Part shown: one piece after another, positions 12,500 to 25,738 of the stretch
How positions within the stretch are numbered: the first letter of the stretch is position 1
How the letters are laid out: the number at the start of each line of letters is the position of its first letter
Assembly: GCF_006345805.1 (NCBI RefSeq)
Contig: NC_043001.1
Location: 36,146,001 to 36,210,000 of the forward strand
Direction: 5' to 3'
Length of the DNA: 64,000 nt
Source of the DNA: Octopus sinensis
Taxonomy: Eukaryota
Program-made: the position numbers and the translations under genes
Notes under the pieces: generated by a model
Database searches by the model: none
What the model was told of the DNA's origin: nothing
Seen by the model: the letters and a program-made list of their open reading frames with translations, nothing else

Positions 12500-13150
12500 T
12501 TTCATAAAATGTGCTCAGCAGTCCATGTATCTAAGTCCAAATCCCAGCGCTTTATGGGTTAAACTGAAGGATTACTCAATACTCTTCAGCAGAGCATGGT
12601 GGACGCGTCTGAAAGGATTAGAGACAAACACTTTCCTCTCTGGCCAATCTCTCATCAACTTCTTTAAGTATCACTTGAAAAGGAAAGTGAGTATAGAGAG
12701 GCAAGTCTTGTCTAGGGAATGTTTAAAAAAAAGATGGGTGAATGTAGCAAGGATGGCACGTATGAATGACGAAGCCACCTTGAGTATAATCCTATGAACC
12801 CGGAAAAATTTAAAATAGAGAGTTACTTACTTGCAAATAAATGTGTTAACATGTGAAATTAATGACCGAGGATATCGTGGTCTTTTCCGTAGGTTTTTCT
12901 TTCCACGGATAAACCTTATCTGCTTCCCCCTTTACCCTTTACATCATGACATTTCTGTGATACACGATCCCTATTGATCGTTTTTTCTTTTCTTTTTTTC
13001 TCCTATTGTTTTGTTTCTTTTCTTTGCTTTTCCTTTATACGATCCATTTTGATCGAAAACCTACCCCACTTTTTTTTTCTCCCCAAAAAGAAAAGCTTTA
13101 CTCTGTAATTTGTCCCGTCTGTGTCCAGCCCTGTGTGGCTAATAAAGAAA
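12500..13150 (+). mobile_element. 3' end of an L1/Tx1-like non-LTR retrotransposon (ORF2 C-terminus plus 3' UTR)
   Basis: ORF 12477-12797 ends AWWTRLKGLETNTFLSGQSLINFFKYHLKRKVSIERQVLSRECLKKRWVNVARM..., which resembles L1/Tx1 ORF2 C-termini. A T-rich UTR ends aataaagaaa. Confidence 0.55.
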
Positions 13151-14222
13151 CATATATTCGAACATACTGTTTGCTTACCTTCGCCTACTGATGAAAGCAA
13201 GCAAACAGACACTTCTCGGTCATGATCAACCATTTCCCAATAAAAGTTATTACACATACACAATATATATGTAACACGCACGACGGGTTTCCACAAAGTT
13301 TTCGGGTACGAAATTCATTCACAGGACATTTGTCGCCCAGGGGTCAATCATTGAAGGCACTTGCTCAATGTGCCACGCATTCCGTTAGAAATTATTTAGG
13401 AGAGAATCTAGTTGTTATTTCTAACAGATCGAACGAGCACGTTGATGACTCCTTTTAAGGTTCATATTTAAAATAGGCTTAAGATACGTCTTTAACAACA
13501 CAGACACACACGAAATAGTATAGACACACTTTACTTCATAAAATTCGTATGTACACGTGTACGTATTTGCATGTGTATATGCATGTATGTTTTCTCTGTG
13601 TGTGTCTGTGCGTGTTTGTACGTTAGCATGTGTTTGACTGATATAGTGGGCGCATTCATATACGTGTATAACATACGCTATGCTAGCGTATTTCATTACT
13701 TTCTGTCTGTGTGTGCGTGGGTCGATTTCAATGCTTGCTAAACGTCATGCATAAAACATTGGCACACACGCAGCTAGTGTATGCTCCCGAAAAAGGGATG
13801 CTTTATTCTTAAAGTAAGGCAGCCGCTACATTAAAAGCAAACAAAGAAGGGGATCGTCGAATCAGTTCAGCGATACACAAAATTCCTCGCAGCATTTGAT
13901 TAAGTCTCATGTTGTGAGTTCAAATCTTACCCTTTCTGAAGTTTTTAAAACTTTATTTTTAAATGAAATTTTGTACAGAACAATAATGCCAAAATTTGCA
14001 TGTTAAGAATTGTTTAGATCAGTTCGACTTTGACTGATTAGATCTAGATTAAAGGCGTCCCATTCGTGACCTCTTATTGTGTTATGTATTTTTGATTACG
14101 ATAACCATTGTTTACTTCATAACCTTTTAAAGAGTGTATTTTGTAACTTGAGGGATATTCGTAACTATTTTTAGTAGTGTATGGCTGGAATAAATGAAAG
14201 TCTTTTGTGTGTAAATACATAC

Positions 14223-14275
<53 letters not shown>

Positions 14276-14282
14276 CGTGTGC

Positions 14283-14330
<48 letters not shown>

Positions 14331-14644
14331 TAATAAAGGTAGAAATTGCTAATCTGTCGCTTACAAAAAACAATTTCCAGAACTAGATACAGAACGCTCA
14401 ACCGAAATCGAGCATGTATAAAGTTCTACAAATCATATTTGAGTGTATTTTTCAAATGACTTCACTTTGGCCCACTGAGGCCGGAAATTATTCTGTAGTT
14501 AATAAATTTCAGCAGCTAATTTACCGGTCAGAGAACATTTTTTTATTTAAAATTAAATAATAAGGGTAGAAATTGATATTAATCAATTAAAACCAGTGGC
14601 TTAGCATATTTAAAAAATCCGAAGATTAAAAATTGTGTTACATA

Positions 14645-15036
14645 CAAAATTAAGTGAAACGACCAACAAAGTGGACACCCAATATGCCAAACATAGACGT
14701 CAAATCGCCATTACCACGACGAGTGTGTTCTCAAGAAAAATCTCGCCAAAATGTAAAAATGAGCTAGACAAATGAAAATATACGAAATAAAAAACGTTAA
14801 CCTACTTAGCATGGTTTCACTTGTAAATATCTACGTATGCAAACACGCAGATACCTGCAAGATCGTCAGCGTGGTCTGTCGTTTACAAAACACAATTTGC
14901 AGAACTTCGTATATTTTCATTTGTCTTGCTCATTTTGTCATTTTTCTTGAGAACACACTTTTCGTGGTAATGGCGATCTGACGTCTATGTTTGGCATATT
15001 GGGTGTCCACTTTGGTGGTCGTTCCACTTAATTTCG
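14645..15036. mobile_element. MITE with ~140-bp terminal inverted repeats and TA TSD
   Basis: aaattaagtgaaacgacc...ctcaagaaaaat mirrors atttttcttgag...ggtcgttccacttaattt; TA at 14643-14644 and 15037-15038. Confidence 0.8.
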
Positions 15037-15669
15037 TATATATATATATATATATGTTATTTTATTTGTTTCAGTCAGTTGACTGCGGCCATGCTGGAAG
15101 CACCGCCTTGAAGGGTTTTAGCCGAACAAGTCGACCCCAAGACGTTTTTAAAAGCTTGGTAATTATTCTATGGGTTTCTTTTGCCAAACCACTATGATAC
15201 GGAGAGTTAAACACACCATCACCTGTTGTCAAGTGCTAAGTGGTGGGGGACAAGCAAACAAACAAACACACACACATACATACATACATACATATGGTGG
15301 TTGTCTACTCCTTATGCAGATACGCACATACTCGCATGCACGCACACACACGTCTATATATGCACATACCCGCACACATCCACACAAAAAATTCCATATA
15401 CACGTCTATATGCGCACAGGAAAAATGCAGGATGGAAGATAAAATACAGAAAAAATGTGTAAAAAATATATGAGCAATAAAACTAAAAAACAATATCTCT
15501 ATAAATATGTATGTATGTATGTATATATATATATATATTATATATATATATATATAAGAAATATAAGTAAAAAGTATAGAGATAAAAAGCTTGTACGTGG
15601 ACACAATATAGAAAGCAAGTCCTATTTGTAATCTCGAGGAGACCAAAAGTGTAACAAATATTTATCCAT

Positions 15670-17082
15670 GTATGGACATTATCCGTTAAAGTTCAGTTCT
15701 TGAATTTAGGGCTTACACTTAGCTATGAACTTCCAGTGGATGTTGTAACTGACACCTTTATCTTTTAAGGACCGTATATGACTGGATAATTTGGTCGTTT
15801 TCCTTTTATTCCAGTGTCTGAAGCTCAAGGTGGGATTATTGAACCTGGTCTTGAAATTACCCTCTGTAAGGCCCACGTATTTCTTCGTCGAAACCGTGTC
15901 CTTAGTGGATATAGAGTCCGCGGTGGCTTCATAAATGATGGTCTCGGACATGCAAGCTCCATTTAACGGGTACAAATTTTTATCCCTGCATCAACAGCTG
16001 GTTTCATATTGTGGTTTTTGTGTGTTGTGTGCGATTATATTTTTAAAATTAGTAGTTGAGCTGAAACTGATTTTTAAGTCATGTCTATTGAAGAGCTTTC
16101 TGTAACTATGATTGACTGGAAAATGTCTGTCTATCAGTGCTAAGAAATACTTTCCTATATTAAAGGTCACTTCGGGTGAGTACTGGTGTGTGAACCAGAT
16201 AGTTTTCCTATTCCTATGTTTTCTTTTCTTTATTATTGGACTGGTGGCAGGTGTATAGGTTATTTCATCGCTAAATCCACTATCTTTTAGAGCCTTATTA
16301 TATACTGGGGCAACACTATTAAAAATGTCCCTATCGGAGGAGAGGCTAGAAATTCTTTTGCTAATATTTTAAACTAAATTTTTAAACACTATGTGGGGAT
16401 GGTTGGAACCCACATTAATATATCTAAGTCTATCGTTGGAATTCCTATAAGGTTTATAAATATTCTTATTTAGATCTAAGGATACGTCTAGGGAATTGAC
16501 AACCGTCAGGTTGGTATCTGTAGTTATGCTAAGACCGAAAGTTTTCATCAATTGGATAATGTCCTTCCTAAACCGATCCTGTGCTGGTCCATTGGTATTT
16601 GCGGTTAAAGCTAGGGCATCATCTTTGTAAATGGCGAAGTATACGTCAGGAAAAGTCTTGCCCAACGTATCAAGTAGGAATAGTCCAATAAGATCGTATA
16701 TGCCTGCTCCGTCATATGACCCCATGCTCACATCGAAAACACCCTCTGTATCGGTAGTCTTGACCCACTCTGCGTTCTCGCTGAAGAGTAAAGTCTTTCT
16801 AGCATGGAAGATTATGTCCTTATCCTGTGTACTGATTTCTATGAATTCGCTTGTGAAGATGAGGACTTTATCTAGCAGTTCCTTAGAGATAGAGGCATAA
16901 AAATCGACAGTATCGAATTACGTGAATCTCGCTTTATTCTTATTCTCAATGGTTTTAAACCAGTCAACGACTTCTATACTATTGGAGCATTGTACTAACC
17001 TGACTTTCGCATTGATTTTTCCCAAACTTTCTTCACTAATAATGCCAAGTTCTGATTTAGCTGGGTTAATAAGCCTAGCGCG
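15670..17082 (-). mobile_element. 5'-truncated Penelope-like element: RT followed by GIY-YIG endonuclease (pseudogenised)
   Basis: RLINPAKSELG, FDTVDFYASISKELL, FDVSMGSYDG, IYKDD, SLDVSLDL, YINVGSNHP, then a Cys linker and IIYEAT...KYVGLTEGNFKTRFNN...LNSRTEL. Stops and frameshifts are present. Confidence 0.9.
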
Positions 17083-17144
17083 TGTGCATCGTTGGTAATT
17101 TTCCTTCTCCGTCTTCTCTTCCTTGGATCTTTCCTTTTCCTATG

Positions 17145-17177
17145 TTTCTGACGAAGAGCTCTGCTCGAAACGTTAAA
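17145..17177 (+). ncRNA. Minimal type I hammerhead motif with canonical core, family H2
   Basis: UUU CUGACGA A GAGC UCU GCUC GAAAC GUU AAA. Confidence 0.7.
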
Positions 17178-18144
17178 TCCCCCTTCTTTCTTTCCTTTCC
17201 TGAGCGTCCAATAGCACTATACTATGTGTATGAATTTATGTGCGTGTCTTTGTGTCTGTGTTTGTCCGCCCATCATTACTTGATAACCGGTGCTGGTGTG
17301 TTTACGCGACAGTAAACTAGCGGTTCGGCAAAGAGGCCGATAAAATAAGTATTAGGCTTAAAAATATGTTCGAGTGATCGAATTGTTCGAAAAAAGCACT
17401 TCAAGTCGGTGCTCTCGCATGTCTGCAGTGCAATGACTAAAACTTGCAAACGAAGAAATAATATAAATATTATATATAATCGTATTTATTTTAAGAATGT
17501 GTGCCGTGTGTATGTGCCACCGTACGATTATATGAATACTTGTATAAAAATTATCAGAAGCCGATTATCTATAGTGTCCTCTCTTTGAGAAGAAAACCCT
17601 GGAGCGTCATAATATTATAATCATTTCCCCGTTCATATATAATAAACCTCTTGAAGAGGAACGACGTAAAAGGTTAGTATAAGATTTCACCCAAAATATA
17701 TAGATATGTGATGCCATTAACCAGAATGAAGAATGGTACATACTTTTCATATCTTGATTAAGCAATAACGTATAAAGAGACAGCATAACTCATTAAATTA
17801 TATACAAGAATTTATTTCCAGCATCATTCTTTGGTGTGTTACATAAGTTATCTTCGCTTTTGAAGATGATATTATTTTTTTGTAGCGTTTTGATAATTTG
17901 GAGCCAACTGATAGTGCATCTCTTGTAAATTTAGTAGGCATCTATATCGAATGACTTCAACGCATCCTATAAATGAGTGTGTATGTATGTGTGTGAATGG
18001 ATGTATATGTCTATGTGTTTGAGTGTGTATGTTTACACACGCAAGATTATATACACAAATGGCGCGTACTAATAGACATAAATTTGATGTAGTTAGGCTA
18101 CAATTTGCAATGTCTACTCTGAAAAATTATTTTATTTATTTATG

Positions 18145-18440
18145 CGCCCTTTACAAGCCTAGCCAGGCTCATGGGCCCTGACTAGGCCGGTTTCTGTGGC
18201 GTATGTGTTTCCCCCAGTTGGACGGGACGCCAGTCCATAGCAGCGTTACCCAAGAAACAGGAAAAAAGAGTGAGAGAAAGTTGGGACGAAAGAGTACAAG
18301 GGTGGCCACCACCCCCTGCTGGAGCCTCGTGGAGTTTTAGGTGTTTTCGCTCAATAAACACACACGATTCTGGGAATCGAAGCCGCGATCCTCCGACCGC
18401 GAGTCTGCTGCTCTAACCACCGGGCCATTGCGCCTCCACA
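18145..18440 (-). mobile_element. SINE family C
   Basis: Head tgtggaggcgcaatggccc; tail gatggactggcgtcccgtcca...gaaaccggcc...catgagcctggctagg. Confidence 0.9.
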
Positions 18441-18829
18441 CTCTGAAAAGTAGCCAAATATTTTTTTTTTCTTCTTGTTTTTGAAAACTAATCAAATATG
18501 AATACTTTTGAGATATTTGACATACGAAAGGGAATTTCGAAGCAATCACTTTTTGAATCATTTACAAACAAGCGGTAAAAAAAGGAAACAAAGCAACATT
18601 CGCATTGAAGTAAACAGAAAGAGATGAATACGTGATCACCGACAAGTAGCCATTGTTTTGCCTTTTTTTTCTCTGTTTTTGAAGATTTAATTGTTTAAAC
18701 CTTATAGATACCTTGACTTACTTTGTGAGCAGTTATGTAACATTTAATCTAATCAATTCTGCGTATATGCATGGAATTGGTGTTAATGCAGCATATTTAA
18801 GATTACGTGTATGGAGGGGTGCATACATA

Positions 18830-19720
18830 CGAGAGTACTCAAAAGTAACCGGAAACTTTCTCTGTAGGACACGCCCGTTGTAGTTAGGGCTTCTGCCGCT
18901 AGAAGCCACTTGATGCGACCCTCAGGCATCAGTCTACCGACCGGCATCATTCAGTGAAGTCGTTCTCTCACGTGGTGCATCTTTGTTTTGCAGTGCTTCT
19001 CCCTTGTTCATCGATTTTTGCAATGGCTGAAACGAAGGAACAGTGAATTTCCGTGAAATTCTGTTTTCTACTGGGTGAAAACGGCGGCCAAAACAGTTGC
19101 GTTACTTCAAACAGCTAACAAGGCTGCTCCCATGAACAAAATAGAAGTTTACGATTGGTTTTCACGCTTTAGGAATGGTCACTTGTCGCTTGGAAACCAA
19201 CTTCGTTCAGGGCGACTGTCAACCTCCTGAACATATGAAAACATCATGAAAATTCATGAACTGATCTTGGAGGACCTTCACCGAACAATTGACCAACTTG
19301 TTGATAGGATTAGTGTGTCATGAAGCTCCAGCCAATGAATTTTGAGCGAGGAATTACGAATGAAAAGAGTTGCAGCAAAATTTGCGCCTTGCTTGCTCAT
19401 GGAAGACTGAATGCGTGTCGTGAACTGCACAAACACTTGGAAGTTGATCCAAACCTTTTTCGAAGGTTATCACTGGTGATGAAAGCTGGTGCTACACCAT
19501 TTGCAGATGTGAAAGAGGCAAAGAAAAAAAATGACGGAGTAGTTAAAAGGCACCACTTCGCAAGAGTTCCAATAGTGCTTCAAATAGTGGAAAACGCGTC
19601 TGGACCGATGCATTGCTTCAAATGGAGAATACTTTGGAGGCGATAAAAGTGTAAACATATAAAACTAAGTGAATAAAATAGTATTGCAAAATTCCTGTTT
19701 CTTTTTTGCTACCCCCTCGC
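18830..19720 (+). mobile_element. Internally deleted mariner element
   Basis: Degenerate TIRs (cgagagtactcaaaagtaaccggaa and attcctgtttc...accccctcg). N-terminal MAETKEQ...SVKFCFLLG...RSGR from 19023 and C-terminal FADVKEAKKK...RCIASNGEYFGGD; catalytic core largely missing. Confidence 0.8.
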
Positions 19721-19959
19721 ACATAAAGCCGCGAATGTCCGTATTTGTAATTATATGCACATACACTTTTTAATATATCTAATAGTTGTATTTACATCTT
19801 CGTTTGTTTAAATGTGGGGGGTTATATTGTTCATTTTGGTTTTAGTTGGCTCACGATTGTACATCCTTATTTTGATCAAGTAGGTAAAACAACACCTGAC
19901 TCAAGTCCCAATAGTCTTGTGGTAAAACCAACTAAGTATTGGTTTTAAATTTTGACAGA

Positions 19960-20400
19960 GGGCCGGCAATTTTGGAGGGAATGGGTTAGCCGATTACATC
20001 TACCCCAGAGTTCAACTGGTATATATTACATCGACCTCCAAATGAAAAAAGGCAACGTCGACCTCGGTGGAATTTGAACTCAGAACGTAAAATCGGACAA
20101 AATGCCTATTTCTTTACTACCCACAAGGGGCTAAACATAGAGGGGACAAACAAGTACAGACAAACAGATTAAGTCGATTACATCAACCCCAGTGCATCAC
20201 TGGTACTTAATTTATCGACCCCGAAAGGATGAAAGATAAATTCGACCTCGGCGGAATTTGAACTCAGAACGCAGCGGCAGACGAAATACCTATTTCTTTA
20301 TTACTCACAAGGGGCTAAACACAGAGCGGACAAACAAGGACAGACGAAATACCGCTGAGCATTTCGCCCGACGTACTAAAGATTCTGCCAGCTCGCCGGT
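19960..20400 (-). mobile_element. SINE family B multimer (about three units)
   Basis: Repeated gaaaggatgaaag/gtcgacctcggcggaatttgaactcag bodies joined at aa(t)acctatttcttta. Confidence 0.85.
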
Positions 20401-20504
20401 TTAAAAAAGAGAATCAACTCAATATTGATCCTTGTTTACGCACTCCCACGAATGTAACAAATTCAGACAGTTGCTAATTTGATATATTATCCCGTTTGGA
20501 AAGT

Positions 20505-21600
20505 CTAGAAACGTCTTGCGAAACCTACAACTAAAATTATTATTATTCTGCCGAAATGAGATTTTATCTTCTTGACAGCTTTAGAATTTTATTCGAAGCC
20601 TCAAAAGTAACTTTGTGAATCATGGTGCACTCATCGCAAGTCACTATTGAACACTGATTTAGCACTTTTGCTACTCAGGTTCATTTGTTAATATAACGGG
20701 TTGCTGTTGTATCCTCAAAAGTTAGGTGCAATGCCACTTTGAAGGTACTGTGAGATTTTTTCCCTCCTAGCAGAATAGCAACAATACCTGAAGATGCAAT
20801 TTCCACCATTTTCCCCACGTTTCCTAACTGCATCCAATAAAAAGTTTGTCAGAAAATTATTTCTTGTTCCTACAAATCAATCACGAAAGCATATTTCACA
20901 ATTTTTGTATCAAAGACTATTTTAAATCACAAATGATTTAGTCTTTCTTTCAGCTCACGTTGAACCTCAGAGGGCTGCAGCTGGTTCCCTTGGGACGGGT
21001 TATTCTGGAAAAATCATATTTATGCAATTCGATATCACCCAAAGCCAAACTTTTGTTCGAATAGTCGATTTGAAGCTGGTGTTATTATTGAAATGAATAA
21101 CAACTTTGAAATTATGTCTCCTAGCACGTAAGCTGGCATCTTCATATTTCTTTACTGCCCACAAGGGGCTACACACAGAGGGGATAAACAAGGACAGACA
21201 AACAGATTAAGTCGATTATATCGAGCCCAGTGCGTAACTGGTACTTATTTAATCGACTCCGAAAGGATGAAAAGCAAAGTCGACCTCGGCGGAATTAAGC
21301 TGACATCTTCTTGTGATCATTAGCAGATGTCTGTTTACATGTAAACAAAACTGCGAGGAGGCTTCGCGGTCTTGAAAGTGATTGTGAAATATCTGCTTCC
21401 ATCAGCGTTGCTACCCACTGGACATCATTTAAATATGTTTTGCAAGATATAAGCTTCTCTTTACATTGCACAAACGTAACTATCCACTGCTTGAAGCTGG
21501 TGAAATGACTGTTTCTCTGACCTCGTGTAAGAACAGCTTTATCTGAAACATTCTGGATGACCGAGGATTAGACTTTTCCCCTCAACGAAATCAAATCAGC
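20505..21600 (-). mobile_element. Fossil autonomous Helitron (RepHel) fragment, interrupted by a SINE B (21140-21297)
   Basis: Frameshifted translation gives LFLHEVR..SFHQLQAVDSYVCA, NDVQWVATLMEADISQS..R.LLAVL, then PIF1 motifs GTRNNFLTNFLLDAVR, IASSGIVAILLGGKKSHSTFK, DECTMIHK and GFRKTF. Confidence 0.8.
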
Positions 21601-21633
21601 TATGTCTGAAGCCTTCAACACAGGCATTTAGAG

Positions 21634-21682
<49 letters not shown>

Positions 21683-22910
21683 CGTAAATTTGCAGATTTG
21701 TTTTAGTCTTTGCGTATGTGAAAATATCTTCAGGCATACAGTAATAAATATAAGGCTATAGAGAAATGCGTAAATACATAAAAGAACTAATTTTTCTTTC
21801 ATGCTTGACAACTTTTCGACGTAACATAAAAGAACTTGATAATGAAGCATTTCTTGAGGAAATGCATGATCTTAGCAAATAAAAAAGGTTGTGAGTGTTG
21901 AGGTATTCGGAGCTACAGCTTCTTGCGTTGTAATGGTTGCATGAAAATAAAACGTATGCACAACACAGATTCGCACACATGCGCACACAACTGACGAAAT
22001 GTAGACACAAACAACACACACAAATGGCTGAAAATAGATGGTATTAGTAACAAAAGTGATATAAATAATTAATAATTTCTCATGGAAAAAGGAAAATGCT
22101 TGACAAACGATGCTGGTGTGTTTACGTACCCGTAACTTAGCAGTTCGGCAAAAGAGCCCGATAGAATAAGTACTAGGCTTACAAAGAACAAGTCCTGGGG
22201 TCGATTTGCTCGACTAAAGGCGGTGCTCCAGCATGGCCGCAGTCAAATGACTGAAACAAGTAAAAGATTAAAAAAAGATATATATATATATACACATATA
22301 TATATACATGCATTGTATACATACATTGTATGTAATACATACATTGTATATGGACGTGTAAGGAATGTTTTTGTCTATGGAGTCAAAAAGATTTAACGTA
22401 ACACTATTAATACAAGGAATGGAGCGAAAATATAGAAAATTCGTAGAGGAATACACATCAAAAACATTATTTAGCAATCGACATCTTCAGAAAACGATGT
22501 CAAACATATATGAAGAGTAGTATTTAAATCTATTATTTCTCGATATCACAGTTCCTGTAGGTAAACATTTCAAATTTGTCTGTGTGTACGCGCCCCTGCA
22601 TTAGTCACTCTGAATTCTTGTACATATTTCTCTCTATTTCTACGAATGTGTGTGTCTATTTCTACGTATGCAAGATGTATGCGTAATGTCTGTGTGCGGG
22701 CTGTGACTGTCGGATTCCTTTATTATAAAACGTGTCTACAGCAGTTAATTTCTAACCGACAGCAGAATACTAATTAGCGTTATTCATTTCACTGTGAAAT
22801 TGTTTTTAAAATGCAATGCCATATAATCAGACTGTTATGATATTTCACTACGCCGATATACTTGTTTGCTGTTGATATTAGCATAAGGCTGTCTTAACAG
22901 TCGCAGGGCT

Positions 22911-22925
22911 GTTGTCGTTAGCAAC
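22911..22925. promoter_or_regulatory. Candidate RFX X-box
   Basis: GTTGTCGTTAGCAAC fits GTNRYC-N(0-3)-RGYAAC and lies in non-repetitive sequence. Confidence 0.3.
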
Positions 22926-23526
22926 GACGACATTAAACGTTACGTACCTGTCTGTAAACTAGCGAAGTCTTGTTCGTCTATCGCTATTTGTATATATAAA
23001 TATATATATGAATTTATAAGCGTATATATATATACAGAGAAAGAAAATGAGAGAGAGATGATGCAAATAGACAAATAAAACCGTTTGGGCTAGATATATA
23101 TAATTATAATATACATACATATATACATGTAAATAGAGGGACAAAAACCAAACCGTTGATATATAAAAATGTATATATTTATACATTAATATTCATCGCC
23201 TGAATATCTTCATTCTCTTTCTCTCTCTCTCTCCCTATTTACATAGTTGTTTATTCTTTTACTTGTTTTAGTCATTTGACTGCAGCGATACTGGAGCACT
23301 GCTTTAAAGGGTCCTTTTTTTTTAAGTCGAAGAAATAGACCCCAGGACTTTTTGTAAGGCTAGTACTTATTCTAGCGTCTCTTTTGTCGAACTCTATCAT
23401 CCACTAAATGCTAAATACTCAGGCAGGAATTTGTAAAAGACTTAGAGGCAGTGATAATGATAACAGATCGTGAATTTTTTGTACCGTGTTTGATATACTT
23501 GTATTTGTCAATGTTGTTCATATACT

Positions 23527-24150
23527 AGGGGGGGGGGGCTGAAAAGTCGTGGCTATGAGTTACAGAAAAAGCAGGAGGATCAGTTAATTATAATTTTATT
23601 CAACATGTGGCTGTGTGGTAAGTAGCTTGCTAACCAACCACATGGTTCCGGGTTCAGTCCCACTGCGTGGCACCTTGGGCAAGTGTCTTCTACTATAGCC
23701 TCGGGCCGACCAAAGCCTTGTGAGTGAATTTGGTAGACGGAAACTGAAAGAAGCCCGTCGTATATATGTATATATATGTGTGTGTGTGTGAGTGTGTGTG
23801 TCTGTGTTTGTCCCTCCAACATCGCTTGACAACCGATGGTGGTGTGTTTACGTCTCCGTAACTTAGCGGTTCGGCAAAAGAGACCGATAGAATAAGTACT
23901 AGGCTTACAAAGAATAAGTCCTGGGGTCGATTTGCTCGACTAAAGGTGGTGCTCCAGCATGGCCGCAGTCAAATGACTGAAACAAGAAAAAAGAGTAAAT
24001 AAAAAAGAGTATATTCCTCACTCAGATTCACACACTTATTGCAGTGGTCCTTCAGTTTTTTTCTAAGCCCTGCAAAGGAACTTGGAAGGTTGAGCATCCA
24101 GCCAGGACTTTCGCGAGACCCTTAAAGCCAGGATCTTTTTAGCACCTACA
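23527..24150 (-). mobile_element. Mariner-derived MITE interrupted by a full-length SINE A (23606-24010, + strand)
   Basis: Removing the SINE rejoins ttttattcaacat|attcctcactcag, which matches the reverse complement of the 11790-11810 region of the MITE at 11688-11850. Confidence 0.75.
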
Positions 24151-24772
24151 CATATATGCCACTGTTCACTCTGAATTATTTCTCTTGGCTCCTTTTTCTT
24201 TAAATCATGTAAATTACGTAAGCCATAAATATGTTTTACGCCTTTTTTGTATAAATTCTTTAGTTACTTCAGATAAGGCAGGACAATCAATTGTCGTGCT
24301 GACGAAGACTGCTGAGCCAGAAACACATGTCTTCACCTGTCCCCTTATCCCCAGATAATAAACCTGTCATTTTCCTCAATGGCATATTACCCCTGATACT
24401 GATTTGGATCTTGATTATCTCCCTTTCCAAAATGTATCGTTCTTAATTGCCATTTGGTAATCACTTATCCTCTAGAGGCTGAGATAATTTCAACAAATCA
24501 AGAATTTATATTGTACAGTATTCGATACACTTGCATTTCTTTGGCTTTTCAAATACATGCCACTGGACACTGAGTGATTTATCTGATCTCCTTTCTGTTT
24601 ATGCAGATAAATAGATCGATAGATATATATACATACCTATCGACAAGAATATATAATAATAATAGTAATAGTAGTAGTAATAATAATAATAATAATAATA
24701 ATAATGATAATAAATGCCAAAAACGAATTTCTGTGTCAGTGTGTCACACTTTGACTCCACTCTCTATATATA

Positions 24773-24860
<88 letters not shown>

Positions 24861-25544
24861 ATAAGATCGTTATTTAAATATCGAACTTATCAAATGGCCA
24901 ACATGGGAATAAAACCTTCAAAGGTAATAATTATTACTAAAATTATAATTTAGGGTATCAAGATTAATAAATACTAAGCTTTTTCTTTTGATTTTCATAT
25001 ATTTTTGGTAGTTTTCTGTATTGTATTTTAATGTAACGTTGTTGACTTGTGCAGTGCCTATACTTTATACGATTCTACATACGGGAATAATGCAATATAA
25101 AAGCACAGTATCACACTGACAAGACCTTTGGTCGAAGCGGCTGTTGTGTGACTATGTATATACCATGTGTATTATATTTATATTTATAACATATAATACG
25201 TATGGAATACTACATTGGAAGACGTTTACTTTGTTTTATCCCTATTAATGAGATATATAAAATCCAAACGCTCACGTGGTCGCACATGTTGATCCTGTCA
25301 TTTCTTACCACTCACGAACTTCTCCACTGGACTCTTTATCTACCCTTTACGTATTCTTGTTCGGATATTTACCCTCCGGCTGCACCTCTCCTACATACGG
25401 ATCACTGTGGACTTTATTCTTGATGAGAAATCCTTGTAATACACCACGACGTCAAAAAAACCTTTGAATTTTACATAAAACTGTTATTATTGTCATTACT
25501 TTATTTTTATATTTATTTTTATACTTTCTAAGCTTTCCTGTATT

Positions 25545-25738
25545 TTTCGCCATGATAGATTGTTAGCCACTACACACATTTTTTTCTCTCCTTGTTTTTT
25601 TCTGTGTCCCTTTCTGTAGAAGAGCGCAGGCTCGAAACGTAAAAGACTTTTTCTATTCCTGAGCGTTATATTAATACATCTGTTTGTTTTGTACACCACC
25701 TGTCTTCGTCTTTTGTTTTTTCGTAAACTCTCCCTCTA
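25545..25738 (+). mobile_element. HHR-bearing repeat family H1; hammerhead-like motif at 25610-25645
   Basis: CUUU CUGUAGA A GAGC GCAG GCUC GAAAC GUA AAAG; ends at (TA)n. Confidence 0.7.

Noticed and set aside
17690-17870. Possible second PLE RT remnant on + (SYLD...KLY, FGV/YIS.LR-like)
   Set aside because: It needs several frameshifts and the similarity is too weak to support by eye; a TBLASTN or HMM search would decide it.
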